NCBI GenBank assembly: GCA_029821635.1
Contig: JALGSW010000042.1
Span: 19,202 to 83,201 of the forward strand
Direction of reading: 5' to 3'
Length of the DNA stretch: 64,000 nt
Source of the DNA: Candidatus Zipacnadia bacterium
GTDB lineage: Bacteria; Armatimonadota; Zipacnadia; Zipacnadales; UBA5352
Within the stretch, counting starts at the first letter, position 1; each line of letters opens with the position of its first letter. A model generated the notes under the pieces. It was not told where the DNA came from. It was given only the letters and a program-made list of their open reading frames with translations, and searched no databases. A program made the translations under genes and the position numbers. Of the stretch, positions 45,989 to 55,199 are shown in pieces.

Positions 45989-46078
45989 CGACCTGCCGGC
46001 GCCGCCATCCCGAGCGTACACGAAAGGGCCGGCCGCGCGGGGGTCAACGCGCGGCCGGCGAGGTTGAGCCGAGGTGCG

Positions 46079-46381
46079 CTATCCACGCGGGTTGAGTATC
46101 CGCTCGGCCACCTTATCCGGGTCAACTCGATAGGTTCCGGACTCGACCTGTGCCTTCAGTTCCGCGACCCGCTCGGCACGCACCTCCGGCGCCTGTGCCA
46201 GAGCGGCCCGAGCAGCCTTGATCTCCTCCGCGCGACTGCTCAGCGCGAGCTGATCCGGGCCACCGGTTGCCCTGGTGGAAGCCACGTCTCGCAGCGGCCC
46301 CGCACCCTCCACTTCCTGCCCGGTCACCCGGCCCACGTTGCTGCGACCAATGTTGTGTAGCCTGCTCGGATCGATCCTCAC
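46079..46381 (-). CDS. flgM: anti-sigma-28 factor FlgM
   Basis: C-terminal FlgM signature (…RAERVAELKAQVESGTYRVDPDKVAERIL). GTG start with GAGGAGAGGGGA RBS. Preceded by a consensus sigma-28 promoter. Confidence 0.75.
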   Translation of the reverse strand: MRIDPSRLHNIGRSNVGRVTGQEVEGAGPLRDVASTRATGGPDQLALSSRAEEIKAARAALAQAPEVRAERVAELKAQVESGTYRVDPDKVAERILNPRG

Positions 46382-46435
46382 TGCACTCGTCCCCTCTCCT
46401 CAATACGAACGGCCCCCACGCATACTGCATATCAT

Positions 46436-46462
46436 ATATCGGCAGCATGCCCGGGGGCTTTA
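46436..46462 (-). promoter_or_regulatory. sigma-28 (FliA) class III flagellar promoter upstream of flgM
   Basis: Minus strand reads TAAA-N15-GCCGATAT (consensus TAAA-N15-GCCGATAA), ~50 nt upstream of the flgM start. Confidence 0.65.
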
Positions 46463-46506
46463 GGACTTTTTTGAAGTTTTTTCTGAGGCGAGCCGGTCGT
46501 CGCCGG

Positions 46507-47520
46507 TCAGGGATGGATCGACGCCTTCACCTTACGCGCCTCTTCGGCCATCAGCGTGCCCATCAGTGTGAAGCAGTAGCCGCCGTCTTGCCAGGTGATC
46601 GAGCGATCGCGCTCGATCGGGCCGGGGCTTCCCGAGGCCTGGCGCTGGAAGAGGCTGAAGGTGTCCGCGCCGTTGCTGAAGGAGAGCCAGATCGTGGGCT
46701 TGTCCCCGACCTCGATGACTGTGACGTGGTCGCTGTGGAAGCTGTAGCCGGGCGGGAAGTAGCCGGGCATAGCGGCCCTGAAGCCGGCCTTCTGTTGCGC
46801 CTCCTCCAGCGTCATGCTCTCGCTGGGGCGCTGCGCCTCGACCACCGTGACGCCTGCCGGCGGCTCGAACTCGAAGAGCCCGGGGGCGAATGAGGGGCTG
46901 AAGGTGATTCGCGTGTAGTACGCGGACGACTTGACGCGCCCATGCGAGTCGAAGCGTTGGGTCTTGAGCTCGATGGAGTGCTCGGCGTCCACCCACGTCT
47001 TCTTCACCGGCACGCCGCGGGGCGTGTAGACCTTCACGACGTGCGCCTGGCGGCCCGCGATGCTCTCGATACCGACGTACTGCGCGCGCATCTGACCGGC
47101 GAGCTCGGCGAGCTCCTCCAGCCGCGTCGCGATGACTCGCTCGGGCGGAGGCAGTTGCGTGTGCACCGCCCGCCCGGTCGCGGGGGTGAACTCCCAGTGC
47201 TCCTGGCCGGTGGTCAGGCAGAGCTTGCCGCGCTCGGAGTCGGGCGCGAGGAAGAAGATGCGCAGGTTCGCGGGGGCGTCGCAGTCGATCTTCTGCTCGA
47301 CGCCGAGGATCTTCTGGCCGTTGGCGAAGACCACGACGGTGCGGATGCCGGAGAAGTCCACGGATGCGCGGGAGAGGATGCTCTGGCGAAGAATCTCCAT
47401 CGGCTGCGGCTCCGCGCCCGCGGCCACGAGTGCCACGGCGATCAGCGCGGTGAGTGCGACCGCGGTCGTGCGGGTTCTCGTCGTCGATCTGCGTTGCTTC
47501 ATCGAGCCGGAGCCATCCAT
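46507..47520 (-). CDS. RseB/MucB-like (LolA-fold) periplasmic sigma-E regulatory protein
   Basis: Signal peptide after MKQRR. Position as third gene after an ECF sigma and a ZAS anti-sigma. Its ATG overlaps the anti-sigma stop (ATGA). Confidence 0.5.
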   Translation of the reverse strand: MDGSGSMKQRRSTTRTRTTAVALTALIAVALVAAGAEPQPMEILRQSILSRASVDFSGIRTVVVFANGQKILGVEQKIDCDAPANLRIFFLAPDSERGKLCLTTGQEHWEFTPATGRAVHTQLPPPERVIATRLEELAELAGQMRAQYVGIESIAGRQAHVVKVYTPRGVPVKKTWVDAEHSIELKTQRFDSHGRVKSSAYYTRITFSPSFAPGLFEFEPPAGVTVVEAQRPSESMTLEEAQQKAGFRAAMPGYFPPGYSFHSDHVTVIEVGDKPTIWLSFSNGADTFSLFQRQASGSPGPIERDRSITWQDGGYCFTLMGTLMAEEARKVKASIHP

Positions 47521-48050
47521 CAGTTCGAAGTGTACACCACGAGACTCACGCCGGCATCATCGGCCAGCGGCTGCGTCATCTCAAGCGCCTGGTGGCGCAG
47601 GAGAAGCTCATCAAGCTCCGCCTCGCTTGCCGCGGGGCTGGAGACGGCGATCGCGGTCGGCCCGCCGGACACAATCTGCTCTGGCGAGCCACCGTCGAGA
47701 CCGTGGTTTACCCAGACGGCGCCACCCGCGACAGCGAGTGCAATGGCCGTGCCGACCGCCGCCGCGCGCGCCCACGAGGGCTGGCGCGAAGGAACGAACA
47801 TCTCGGCAATGCGAGCGGCCCAGCCGGGCTGCGCCTGCTCGCTCGCGATCTGATCGAGCACCCGCCCGGTGAAACCGGCCGGCGCATGCTCACCCGGCAG
47901 CGAACGCACCATCACGAAGGTCTCGCGCAGGATCAGCGCCTCGTAGCGGCACTGCGCGCACACCTCAAGGTGCGCGACCGCCGCCGCGCATAGCTGCTCG
48001 GTGCTTCCCCAACATTCCACGAACTCCACCCGCACCTCTTCGCACGTCAT
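47520..48050 (-). CDS. zinc-finger (ZAS) anti-sigma factor with one TM helix
   Basis: ORF 47520..48095 trimmed to MTCEEVRVEFVECWG. HLEVCAQC (HxxxCxxC) motif. Central TM (AAAVGTAIALAVAGGAVWV). Confidence 0.65.
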   Translation of the reverse strand: MTCEEVRVEFVECWGSTEQLCAAAVAHLEVCAQCRYEALILRETFVMVRSLPGEHAPAGFTGRVLDQIASEQAQPGWAARIAEMFVPSRQPSWARAAAVGTAIALAVAGGAVWVNHGLDGGSPEQIVSGGPTAIAVSSPAASEAELDELLLRHQALEMTQPLADDAGVSLVVYTSN

Positions 48051-48127
48051 CTGTCTCGCCCTCCAACTCCCCGCCCGGCACAACGGGTCCGTCATCTAGC
48101 GGACGACTCGGCGGCTCTTCTGGTTCG

Positions 48128-48748
48128 TCAGCGCTCAACTTCGAGCTCCCCCGCCGCCACGAGCTCCTCCAGCGAGTCCTTCAACCGGCTGCGCGCGTTG
48201 AACAGCCGGCTCTTCACGGTGCCGAGCGGCACGTTGAGGATCTCCGCGATGTCCTCGTAGGTCTCCCCCTGCAGTTCGTAGAGGATCATCACGTCGCGCA
48301 GCTTCTCCGGCAGCTCCACGATCGCCCGGCGCACGGCCACCTGCGTCTCGCGCGTGGTGGACGTCTCCTCGGGACTACCGCTGTCGTCAGGGATCTCGCG
48401 CTCGTACTCGCCGTCATCGGACTCGAGCGGCTCGTCCAGTGAGTACGTCGGTTCGGTCCGCTTGCGCTTGCGCACGACATCGATCGCGAGGTTGCCGGCG
48501 ATCCGGTAGAGCCACGTATGAAAGCTGGACGCGCCCCGGAAGCGGGGAAGAGACCGGTACGCGCGCAGGAAGGCCTCCTGCGTCACGTCCTCAGCCTCAT
48601 ACGGATCGTTGAGCATCCGGGAGACGTAGCTGTAAATCTTGTCCTTGTACTCATCCACGAGTTGGCTGAAGGCCGCGCGATCGCCTCTGCGAGCGCGCTC
48701 GACCAGGTCCTCGATATCCCGTTGGCTGAGTTGCCTGGCCTTCGCCAT
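48128..48748 (-). CDS. ECF-type RNA polymerase sigma factor (RpoE-like)
   Basis: Region 2 (DAFDELVDEY-like: AFSQLVDEYKDKIYSYV…DVTQEAFLRAY) and region 4 (DIAEILNVPLGTVKSRL). Confidence 0.85.
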   Translation of the reverse strand: MAKARQLSQRDIEDLVERARRGDRAAFSQLVDEYKDKIYSYVSRMLNDPYEAEDVTQEAFLRAYRSLPRFRGASSFHTWLYRIAGNLAIDVVRKRKRTEPTYSLDEPLESDDGEYEREIPDDSGSPEETSTTRETQVAVRRAIVELPEKLRDVMILYELQGETYEDIAEILNVPLGTVKSRLFNARSRLKDSLEELVAAGELEVER

Positions 48749-48751
48749 TGG

Positions 48752-48778
48752 TAGACGTTGCTTTCCTGTCAGTGTTCA
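48752..48778 (-). promoter_or_regulatory. possible ECF-type autoregulated promoter (TGAAC-N16-CGTCTA) abutting the sigma-factor start codon
   Basis: Minus strand reads tctGAACactgacaggaaagcaaCGTCTAccaATG. If real, it implies a leaderless or near-leaderless transcript. Confidence 0.3.
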
Positions 48779-48835
48779 GAGCGCGGGCGGTCCCACGCCT
48801 CACAATACGCTCACGTCTGTGGAAACGCGGCTGCG

Positions 48836-49897
48836 TTACTGATCGAACAGGCTCCCGCTGGCCGGGCCCGGCGGCTCGTCCGCGGCGGGATGCTCGGGCG
48901 TATTCGCGGCCTCCTCGGGCGGCACGCGCCCGCCCGCGGCGCCGGAGTGCGAGCCGACGTAGATGTAGCGCTCGAAGAGCCGCTGGTAGTCAGACCAGCG
49001 CGAGCCCGCGGCCTGGCCGTCGGCGATTACCTGGCTGAAGTACTGCACGTGCGCGTCGAGGTTGTCGGCGTAATGCAGCGCACACGCCTCGGCAGTCATC
49101 GGCAGCACAGGCGCACCGTACTCGCGCTGCCCGTGATGCGAAAGAAGCAGGTGTGTAAGGCGATTCGACAGCTCTTCGGGGAACCGCTCGATTCGGTCGA
49201 TGGCCTTGTTCACCATCCGGTCTGTCAGCACCGTGTGCCCGACCAGCCGCCCCGTGTCAGTGTATTCGATTGCGGCCTTGCACTCAAGCTCGGCGACCTT
49301 GCCCAGATCGTGCAGCAGGGCACCCGCCATCATCAGGTCGCGGTCGAGCTCGGGATGCACCCGTGCGACCGTCTCGAGCACCTCAGCCACGCCGATGGTG
49401 TGCTCCAGCAGCCCGCCGAGGTGCGAGTGATGCAGGGACTTGGCGCCTGGCGCGCGGCTGTAGCGGTCCATGAAGGCCTCGTCGCCGAAGAAGTAGTTCA
49501 GCAGCGCGGAGAGGTGCGGGTTGCGCACGCTCGCGACGCTCTCCAGCAGGCGCTCGCGCAGATCGCCGAGGTCCCGGCTGCTTGAGGGCACGAGGTCGGC
49601 GGCGTCGGTCTCGGCCTGCTCGGCGGGCTTGAGCTTCTCGATGACGAGCTGCTTCTGCCCGCGGTACTCCTCGACGACGGCGCGGACGGTGACCGGATCG
49701 CCCTCGGCGAAGAGTGCGGCGGCCTCCTCGGCGCCATCCCACATGCGAGCGGTGATCTCACCGGTGGCGTCGGCGAGAGTCAGTGACAGGTACTGTCCGG
49801 GCTTGGACTTGAAGGAGGCGAGGGACCTGGACTTGGCGGCGTAGGTGCCGACGATGCGCTCCCCGATTTCGAGTTCGGCGACGGTCTTGCCGGGCAT
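48836..49897 (-). CDS. OB-fold + HD-domain 3'-5' exoribonuclease, YhaM-like
   Basis: N-terminal OB-fold (GQYLSLTLADATGEITARMW) and HD motif (HSHLGGLLEHT…LLHDLGK). Confidence 0.75.
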   Translation of the reverse strand: MPGKTVAELEIGERIVGTYAAKSRSLASFKSKPGQYLSLTLADATGEITARMWDGAEEAAALFAEGDPVTVRAVVEEYRGQKQLVIEKLKPAEQAETDAADLVPSSSRDLGDLRERLLESVASVRNPHLSALLNYFFGDEAFMDRYSRAPGAKSLHHSHLGGLLEHTIGVAEVLETVARVHPELDRDLMMAGALLHDLGKVAELECKAAIEYTDTGRLVGHTVLTDRMVNKAIDRIERFPEELSNRLTHLLLSHHGQREYGAPVLPMTAEACALHYADNLDAHVQYFSQVIADGQAAGSRWSDYQRLFERYIYVGSHSGAAGGRVPPEEAANTPEHPAADEPPGPASGSLFDQ

Positions 49898-49991
49898 GGG
49901 TGGAATCTCCCCTTGGACGGCAGCAAACGGCGCGTCCGAGAGTATTCGCCGAGGGGTGCGCGACGGCCTCTGCGGGGGACCGTTCGGCCTG

Positions 49992-51527
49992 CTACTCCGC
50001 CGCTGCGGCCTTCAGCACCGTGATGCGGCCACCGGAGGCGGTAACGATCTCCCCCAGGCCGCAGCCGTCCACGTCCGCGATGATCGCCCAGCCCAGCCAC
50101 AGCGGCGCCTGCCACCGGATCTCGCCCCTGCCATCGTCATCAGTGCCGATGCACAGCGGGCCGACGATGAACTCGCCCTTCCCGTCGCCGTCGGCGTCGG
50201 CGCACAGCACCGGGCCCGAGACCGCGAACGGAAGCTCCAGTTCCCACTCCGTGTCGCCGGTCCACAGGTCGCGGCAGATGAACGTGCGGCTGTTGCGCAG
50301 GGCGTATCCGGCCTCCAGTGAGCCATCGCCATCGACATCCACCAGCCCCGCCCGGTCCGGCACATCATAGCCCACGTCCTCCCGCCAGACGCCCTCCCTC
50401 GGATCAGGCTTCATGAGGCCGAATCTCCCATGGCCGAGCGGCACGAACCAGTGAGGCTCCGTGGCCTCAGGCGAATCGTAGACGGGGCAGTAGCTGTTGT
50501 AGAGCAGCGCGGCATAGAGCGAATCGTCCGCAGTGATGTTGGGCGTGTGGTAGAGGCGGGCGAAGCTCCCGTCCTCGCCGCGCAGGAACGCCATGTAGCT
50601 GTACATGTCCATCAGGACTTCCTCGACCCCGTCGCCGTCCACGTCGAAGGCACTCGGGATGCCGATCGGGCGGTAGGCCCGCCACAGGCCGTTGTTGTCA
50701 AACATGTCGCGGAACCAGACGACGTGACCATCGCGTCCGTCGAGGAGGAACGTCCCCTCCACGGTGCGGTCCGGACTCGCCACGGAGATCGCCAGCCCGG
50801 CTCGCGGACCGGGAAGGAACTCACCCGCGTTCCAGGCGACGACCTCGGCATCCTCGCTTGGCGGCAGCCCCTCCAGCGCGCTCTCCCACAGCAGCGAGTT
50901 GTCGGCCCGCCAGGCCCTGACGCACAGGCCACCGGTGGCCGTCCGGCCCGGCGCGATCAGGCAGAGGCGGCCGCTACCCTCGAGGTCGTACAGCAGCGGC
51001 CCCAAGCGGCCCCGCGGCGCCTCGATCTCGTGCTCCGCCAGCACCTGGGCCTCTCCTTCACTCGAGAGCGAGTAGACGCGCACGACGTCGCCGGGGCAGG
51101 CGGCGACGATCTCCGCGCTGCCATCGCCGTTGAGATCGGCCGCCGAGAGTGACGCCGGACGTCCGCCGACAAGCGGCAGGTCCCATCGTGCCTCCCCCGG
51201 CCAGTCGATCGCCTGGAGCGTGCCGGATGTGCCGGTGACCAGCATCCGGAGCCCGGCGCTTGCGCGCCCGTCCTCGGCTGCCAGTGCCAGGCGGAGGTCG
51301 GCCGCGATGAGACCGCGATCGCTCGTCTCCGCCACCTTCGCGAGTTCGCCGCCGCTCAGCCGGTAGCGTGCGAGCCGCTGGCCATGCTCATCGGAATGGA
51401 CCAGCAGTATCTCGGACCGCTCCCCCACGATTCCGTAGAGGCGGCTTGCCTCGAAGCTCGCGAGCCTCTCCACTGCGCCGGAGCCGGAGAAGCGCAACAC
51501 CTCCAGCGGAGCGGCCGTCGCCGGCAA
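49992..51527 (-). CDS. FG-GAP/VCBS repeat beta-propeller protein, C-terminal part (probably fused with 51388..52713 across a frameshift)
   Basis: DVDGDG/DADGDG/DLNGDG calcium-binding FG-GAP loops. No signal peptide of its own. The first 46 codons are the same DNA as the last 46 codons of the upstream ORF in another frame. Confidence 0.6.
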   Translation of the reverse strand: MPATAAPLEVLRFSGSGAVERLASFEASRLYGIVGERSEILLVHSDEHGQRLARYRLSGGELAKVAETSDRGLIAADLRLALAAEDGRASAGLRMLVTGTSGTLQAIDWPGEARWDLPLVGGRPASLSAADLNGDGSAEIVAACPGDVVRVYSLSSEGEAQVLAEHEIEAPRGRLGPLLYDLEGSGRLCLIAPGRTATGGLCVRAWRADNSLLWESALEGLPPSEDAEVVAWNAGEFLPGPRAGLAISVASPDRTVEGTFLLDGRDGHVVWFRDMFDNNGLWRAYRPIGIPSAFDVDGDGVEEVLMDMYSYMAFLRGEDGSFARLYHTPNITADDSLYAALLYNSYCPVYDSPEATEPHWFVPLGHGRFGLMKPDPREGVWREDVGYDVPDRAGLVDVDGDGSLEAGYALRNSRTFICRDLWTGDTEWELELPFAVSGPVLCADADGDGKGEFIVGPLCIGTDDDGRGEIRWQAPLWLGWAIIADVDGCGLGEIVTASGGRITVLKAAAAE

Positions 51528-52713
51528 TGCGGCGCACGATCAGGCAGCTTCCGCCTTCGGGTTGCGAGCACAGTCCCGCGCAGACGCTGTCGGGCAGCTC
51601 GACCTCGACCTCACCGGTGCCGCCGTCCCGGACGCGGACGAAGGGGCGGAAGCCCTGCTCGGGATCCCGCACGTTGTAGACGATCTCAGTCGATCCGTCG
51701 GCGTCCACGTCGCCGATCGTGAGGCAGTCGAGGGCAACGCCGGGCGTTTTGTAGACCTCACCGTAGTAGTGCTGCCAGGCAAGCTCCGACGGACCGTGGC
51801 GGTTCAGGCGGATGCCGTGCACGTGCTGCTGGATGGCCTCGCCCGCGACGCAGATGATCGGCGCGCCGTCGCGGGCGGTACCGAGCGCCCACGGGCCGTA
51901 GTTGCGCCGGTGGCCGCCGCCGATCTGGTACACGAGGGAACTGATCTGTTCGCCGGTGCGCGCGTCGAAGCCCCGGCAGCGGTGGTGGCGCACGTTCCAG
52001 ATCACGGGCTCGCCGGGCACGCTCAGGTCGAACCGGATATCGCAGCCGTGGTCGGCGCGTTCGGGATGCTCGCCCGGCTCCACCACCGTGCGCTCCCAGA
52101 CGATCCGCGGCTCATCATCGGGCGGGAAGTTGATCAGACAGCCCTGCTCCCCGTACTGCATGAAGACAGCGGCTTCCATGCCGGGGAGATCGGGCAGCAC
52201 GTCGGCTACCTGGCAGCGGACGTAGGCGTGCGGCGGCTCGAAGACGTGCCGCCAGTAGCGCTGACCGGTGGTCGCATCGAGCACGGCCAGCCGGTTCGCG
52301 GCGGTTAGCACCACGTAGTCGTGCCCGTCTCCGCGGAGGTCGCCGAAGAACGCCAGCGAGCCCGAGTCGGCGCCGGTCCACAGCACCTCGCCATCCGTGC
52401 TCACCAGGCGCAGGCGGCCGTCGTTGACCAGCAGCCGGTCCTGCGCGTCCGCTGTCTGCACGCGCCGGACCCAGCTCAGCTCTCCGCCGACCTCGATGGT
52501 GGCCGAGACCTCGGGCGCCTCGCGCATACCGAGCACAAGCGGCGAGAAGCCCGTCAACTGCCTGTCATGCAGCACGCGCGGCCATCCGGTGTCCCAGACG
52601 TCGGCGCACCGGACGCCGGGCAGCAGCGGATGCGTCTCCTGTGCGCCGGCAGCACCGGCGCACACGCCGGCGATAGCAGCGACCAGAAGCCAGGCAGGTT
52701 GCTCCGCCATCAT
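51388..52713 (-). CDS. FG-GAP repeat beta-propeller protein, N-terminal part with signal peptide
   Basis: Signal peptide MMAEQPAWLLVAAIAGVCAGAAGAQE. GDVDADG and GDLRGDG repeats. 140-nt out-of-frame overlap with 49992..51527. Confidence 0.6.
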   Translation of the reverse strand: MMAEQPAWLLVAAIAGVCAGAAGAQETHPLLPGVRCADVWDTGWPRVLHDRQLTGFSPLVLGMREAPEVSATIEVGGELSWVRRVQTADAQDRLLVNDGRLRLVSTDGEVLWTGADSGSLAFFGDLRGDGHDYVVLTAANRLAVLDATTGQRYWRHVFEPPHAYVRCQVADVLPDLPGMEAAVFMQYGEQGCLINFPPDDEPRIVWERTVVEPGEHPERADHGCDIRFDLSVPGEPVIWNVRHHRCRGFDARTGEQISSLVYQIGGGHRRNYGPWALGTARDGAPIICVAGEAIQQHVHGIRLNRHGPSELAWQHYYGEVYKTPGVALDCLTIGDVDADGSTEIVYNVRDPEQGFRPFVRVRDGGTGEVEVELPDSVCAGLCSQPEGGSCLIVRRIAGDGRSAGGVALLRLRRSGEARELRGKPPLRNRGGAVRDTAGPFR

Positions 52714-52752
52714 CTCGCCCTCCGCGTCGAGATCGACCGCCGAGGCCGGCGG

Positions 52753-55050
52753 TCAGTTCGCCTCGCCCAGGTCGATCGTGACCTCCACAGGCTCCTCGCC
52801 GCCATAGAGGGTCACCTGCTCCTGCCCGCCCAGGAGGCGCCCGGGCTGCGCGGGATCTTGCAGCGCGATGACGTAGCTCAGCCCAGGCAGCAGGTGCTCG
52901 ATGCGCGCCTTCCCGTCCGCGTCAAGCTGCACGTCGCGCGCGTGGACGATGGCCGGCTTCGGCAGCCCGCCAATCATCGGCACCCCCTGACCGAACACCT
53001 CCACCTGCGCACCCGCGAGCGGTCGACCATCAGCGGCCAGAACCTTCACGATGATCGTCGCGAGCGGCGCGAGCTGGATCGTAGGCTCGTATGCGTTCTG
53101 CGGATCCACCGGTGTCAGCATTCCACGTGTCCCGTCGGGCGACACCGCGACAATTGCCTGATCCTGCGCGCCGCTGAGGCCCTTGACCTCAAAGCGCCCC
53201 TCAGCGTCGGTCACCGCCGGCTCCCCGCTCCACATGAACACGTTCAGCGGCTGCACCGTCGCGCCCTCCACCGGCTCGCCCGCCTCGTCGATGACACTCC
53301 CGCGGAGGCTGAAGCCGCCGCGTATGATGGTCAGCGGCGCCAGCTCGACTACCTCGCCGGGCTGCAGCTCGACTGCCTGCCAGCGTTCGTCGCGGTTGGC
53401 CAGATAGCGCGCAAACTGGCGATCCGGCCCGATCCGCATGCCGATTCCCGGCGGCAAAGGCGCGATCTCGGCGACGCCGTCCGCGTTGGCCTGCACGTTG
53501 ATGGGCAAGCCCACGTCGGGACTCGCGTCGTCGAACCACACGCGGAAGACCGCATCCGTGACGGGTGCCGCTTCCCCATCGATTGCGGCGACTGTGGCAG
53601 TCGCGGCTTCCTGGAGTGTCAGCGCGACTTCCCCACCCGCCTCGTCCGCAGAGGCGACGACGGTGGCTGCGACGAGGCCCCGCTCCTCGTCCAGCGCATA
53701 CGCCAGCGCGCCCGAGTGCCCCCGTGATCGATAGACGACTGCGACCTCCCCCTGCGCATTGGTTTGCTGGGGCTCGATCCGCGACGCTGACAGTTCGCCG
53801 CCGCCGCACCAGTAGACATCGACGCCCGGCGCGGGCGTGCCATCCGGATTGACGACCCGGATCACGAGGTCCGGCGCGCGCGTGATCCGGAAGTCGAAGA
53901 CCGGCTCATCGTCGGGCGCGATCTCCTGCTTGTACTCCCTCGGCTCTCGGTCCCGGCCACCCTCAGGCGTTCCCCCGTATACACGGTTCAGTCCAGGCGG
54001 CAGGTGCATCAGATACTGTCCGGTCTCATCCGTTCGGGTGACCTGCACCCAGGCAGTGGAGGACGGGTGCGCGGGACCGTAGGCTCCGACCCACACGTCG
54101 GGGATCGGCTCCCCCGTGTCCGCCCAGGTGACGGTGCCGCGGACGACCACGCCCTCGATGGCCTCGAAGTCGCGGCCCTCGACATGCTGCCCGGACTCGA
54201 CGACAATGCCCTCTTGGGCCACCGCGGTCCACTCGGGCGGCGCATCCACGATCACGTTGTAGGTGCCCGCCGCGAGACCCCGGATCGTGTAGGCGCCATC
54301 ATTCCCGGTCACGGCGTCGCCGTAGCCCATCGTGCGGGTGCTGTGGTGCCCCTGCGCCCCAATGCGCACCCCCTCCAGCGGCTCTCCGTCGCGGGTCAGG
54401 CGACCGCTGATGACGGCCTCGCGCTGCAACTCGATGCTGATATCATCACCGGTCCGTGGCCAGTTGTCCCGCTGCGTCTCGTGGCGCCCGGCGTAGCCCT
54501 CGGCGTCGGTGCGAAGCCACGCAGTCGCGTCCGGCGGCAGGCCGCCGATGCTGAAGCGCCCGTCCCCTCCAGTGATAGCGGCGGGAGCGTGCTCCCAGTC
54601 GTACGTGCTTGTGCGACCGAAGGGGCCGCTGCCTCCGCCGGGGATGCCCCAGACAGTCACTTCGGCCCCGTCGATGGGCACGCCGTCGGCGTCCACGACC
54701 GTGCCGGTGATGGGCTCACCCTCCGCGGGCAGGGCGATCTCGACGGTCTCACCCGGCTTCGCATCGGCGCCTCCGAGGCCAAAGCCCTCAGCGATGGCCG
54801 CGACACCGTAGCTATCCTTCACCCGCTCGGTGTCGAAGATCAGCGCGAAGCCGCCGTCCTCCGCGGTCGTCACGGACGTCCACTGCTGCCCCTTATCGGC
54901 ATAGTCGTCTCGAACCCCAACGTGTGCCCCTGCAACGGGCGCGCCGTCCGGCCCAACCACGCGTCCGTCGATCCTCACCTCATCGGCGAACAGGGCTGTT
55001 GCAGACAGCGTAAGCAGCGTCAGCACGGCGATCGTCAGCGTCCGTGACAT
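52753..55050 (-). CDS. secreted protein with ~7 carboxypeptidase-regulatory-like (CarboxypepD_reg/prealbumin-fold) repeats
   Basis: ORF 52753..55173 trimmed to MSRTLTIAVLTLLTLSATALFA. Repeated G(R/T)V(V/T)xxDGxP(V/I)xGAxVxV modules. Confidence 0.65.
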   Translation of the reverse strand: MSRTLTIAVLTLLTLSATALFADEVRIDGRVVGPDGAPVAGAHVGVRDDYADKGQQWTSVTTAEDGGFALIFDTERVKDSYGVAAIAEGFGLGGADAKPGETVEIALPAEGEPITGTVVDADGVPIDGAEVTVWGIPGGGSGPFGRTSTYDWEHAPAAITGGDGRFSIGGLPPDATAWLRTDAEGYAGRHETQRDNWPRTGDDISIELQREAVISGRLTRDGEPLEGVRIGAQGHHSTRTMGYGDAVTGNDGAYTIRGLAAGTYNVIVDAPPEWTAVAQEGIVVESGQHVEGRDFEAIEGVVVRGTVTWADTGEPIPDVWVGAYGPAHPSSTAWVQVTRTDETGQYLMHLPPGLNRVYGGTPEGGRDREPREYKQEIAPDDEPVFDFRITRAPDLVIRVVNPDGTPAPGVDVYWCGGGELSASRIEPQQTNAQGEVAVVYRSRGHSGALAYALDEERGLVAATVVASADEAGGEVALTLQEAATATVAAIDGEAAPVTDAVFRVWFDDASPDVGLPINVQANADGVAEIAPLPPGIGMRIGPDRQFARYLANRDERWQAVELQPGEVVELAPLTIIRGGFSLRGSVIDEAGEPVEGATVQPLNVFMWSGEPAVTDAEGRFEVKGLSGAQDQAIVAVSPDGTRGMLTPVDPQNAYEPTIQLAPLATIIVKVLAADGRPLAGAQVEVFGQGVPMIGGLPKPAIVHARDVQLDADGKARIEHLLPGLSYVIALQDPAQPGRLLGGQEQVTLYGGEEPVEVTIDLGEAN

Positions 55051-55175
55051 GACACGTTCCCCTCTCGTTGTGCTCGCGACAACGACCGCAGGCTGGAATG
55101 CCTGAAGCGCAGAGCGCTTTGCGCGAGTTCGCTTCGCGAACGTCGATGCTCCACGAACGGCACGAACGGACATCT

Positions 55176-55199
55176 GACAGGCTGGAAAGCCTGTCCTAC
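55176..55199. repeat. family A palindromic element; supplies the TAG stop of the giant gene. A degenerate copy lies at 55088-55110
   Basis: gacaggctggaaagcctgtcctac. Confidence 0.8.

Noticed and set aside
45455-46021. 188-aa minus-strand ORF overlapping the DUF457-like gene
   Set aside because: Antisense-like composition. The plus-strand ORF has a coherent 4-TM hydrophobicity pattern and a family-typical N-terminus.
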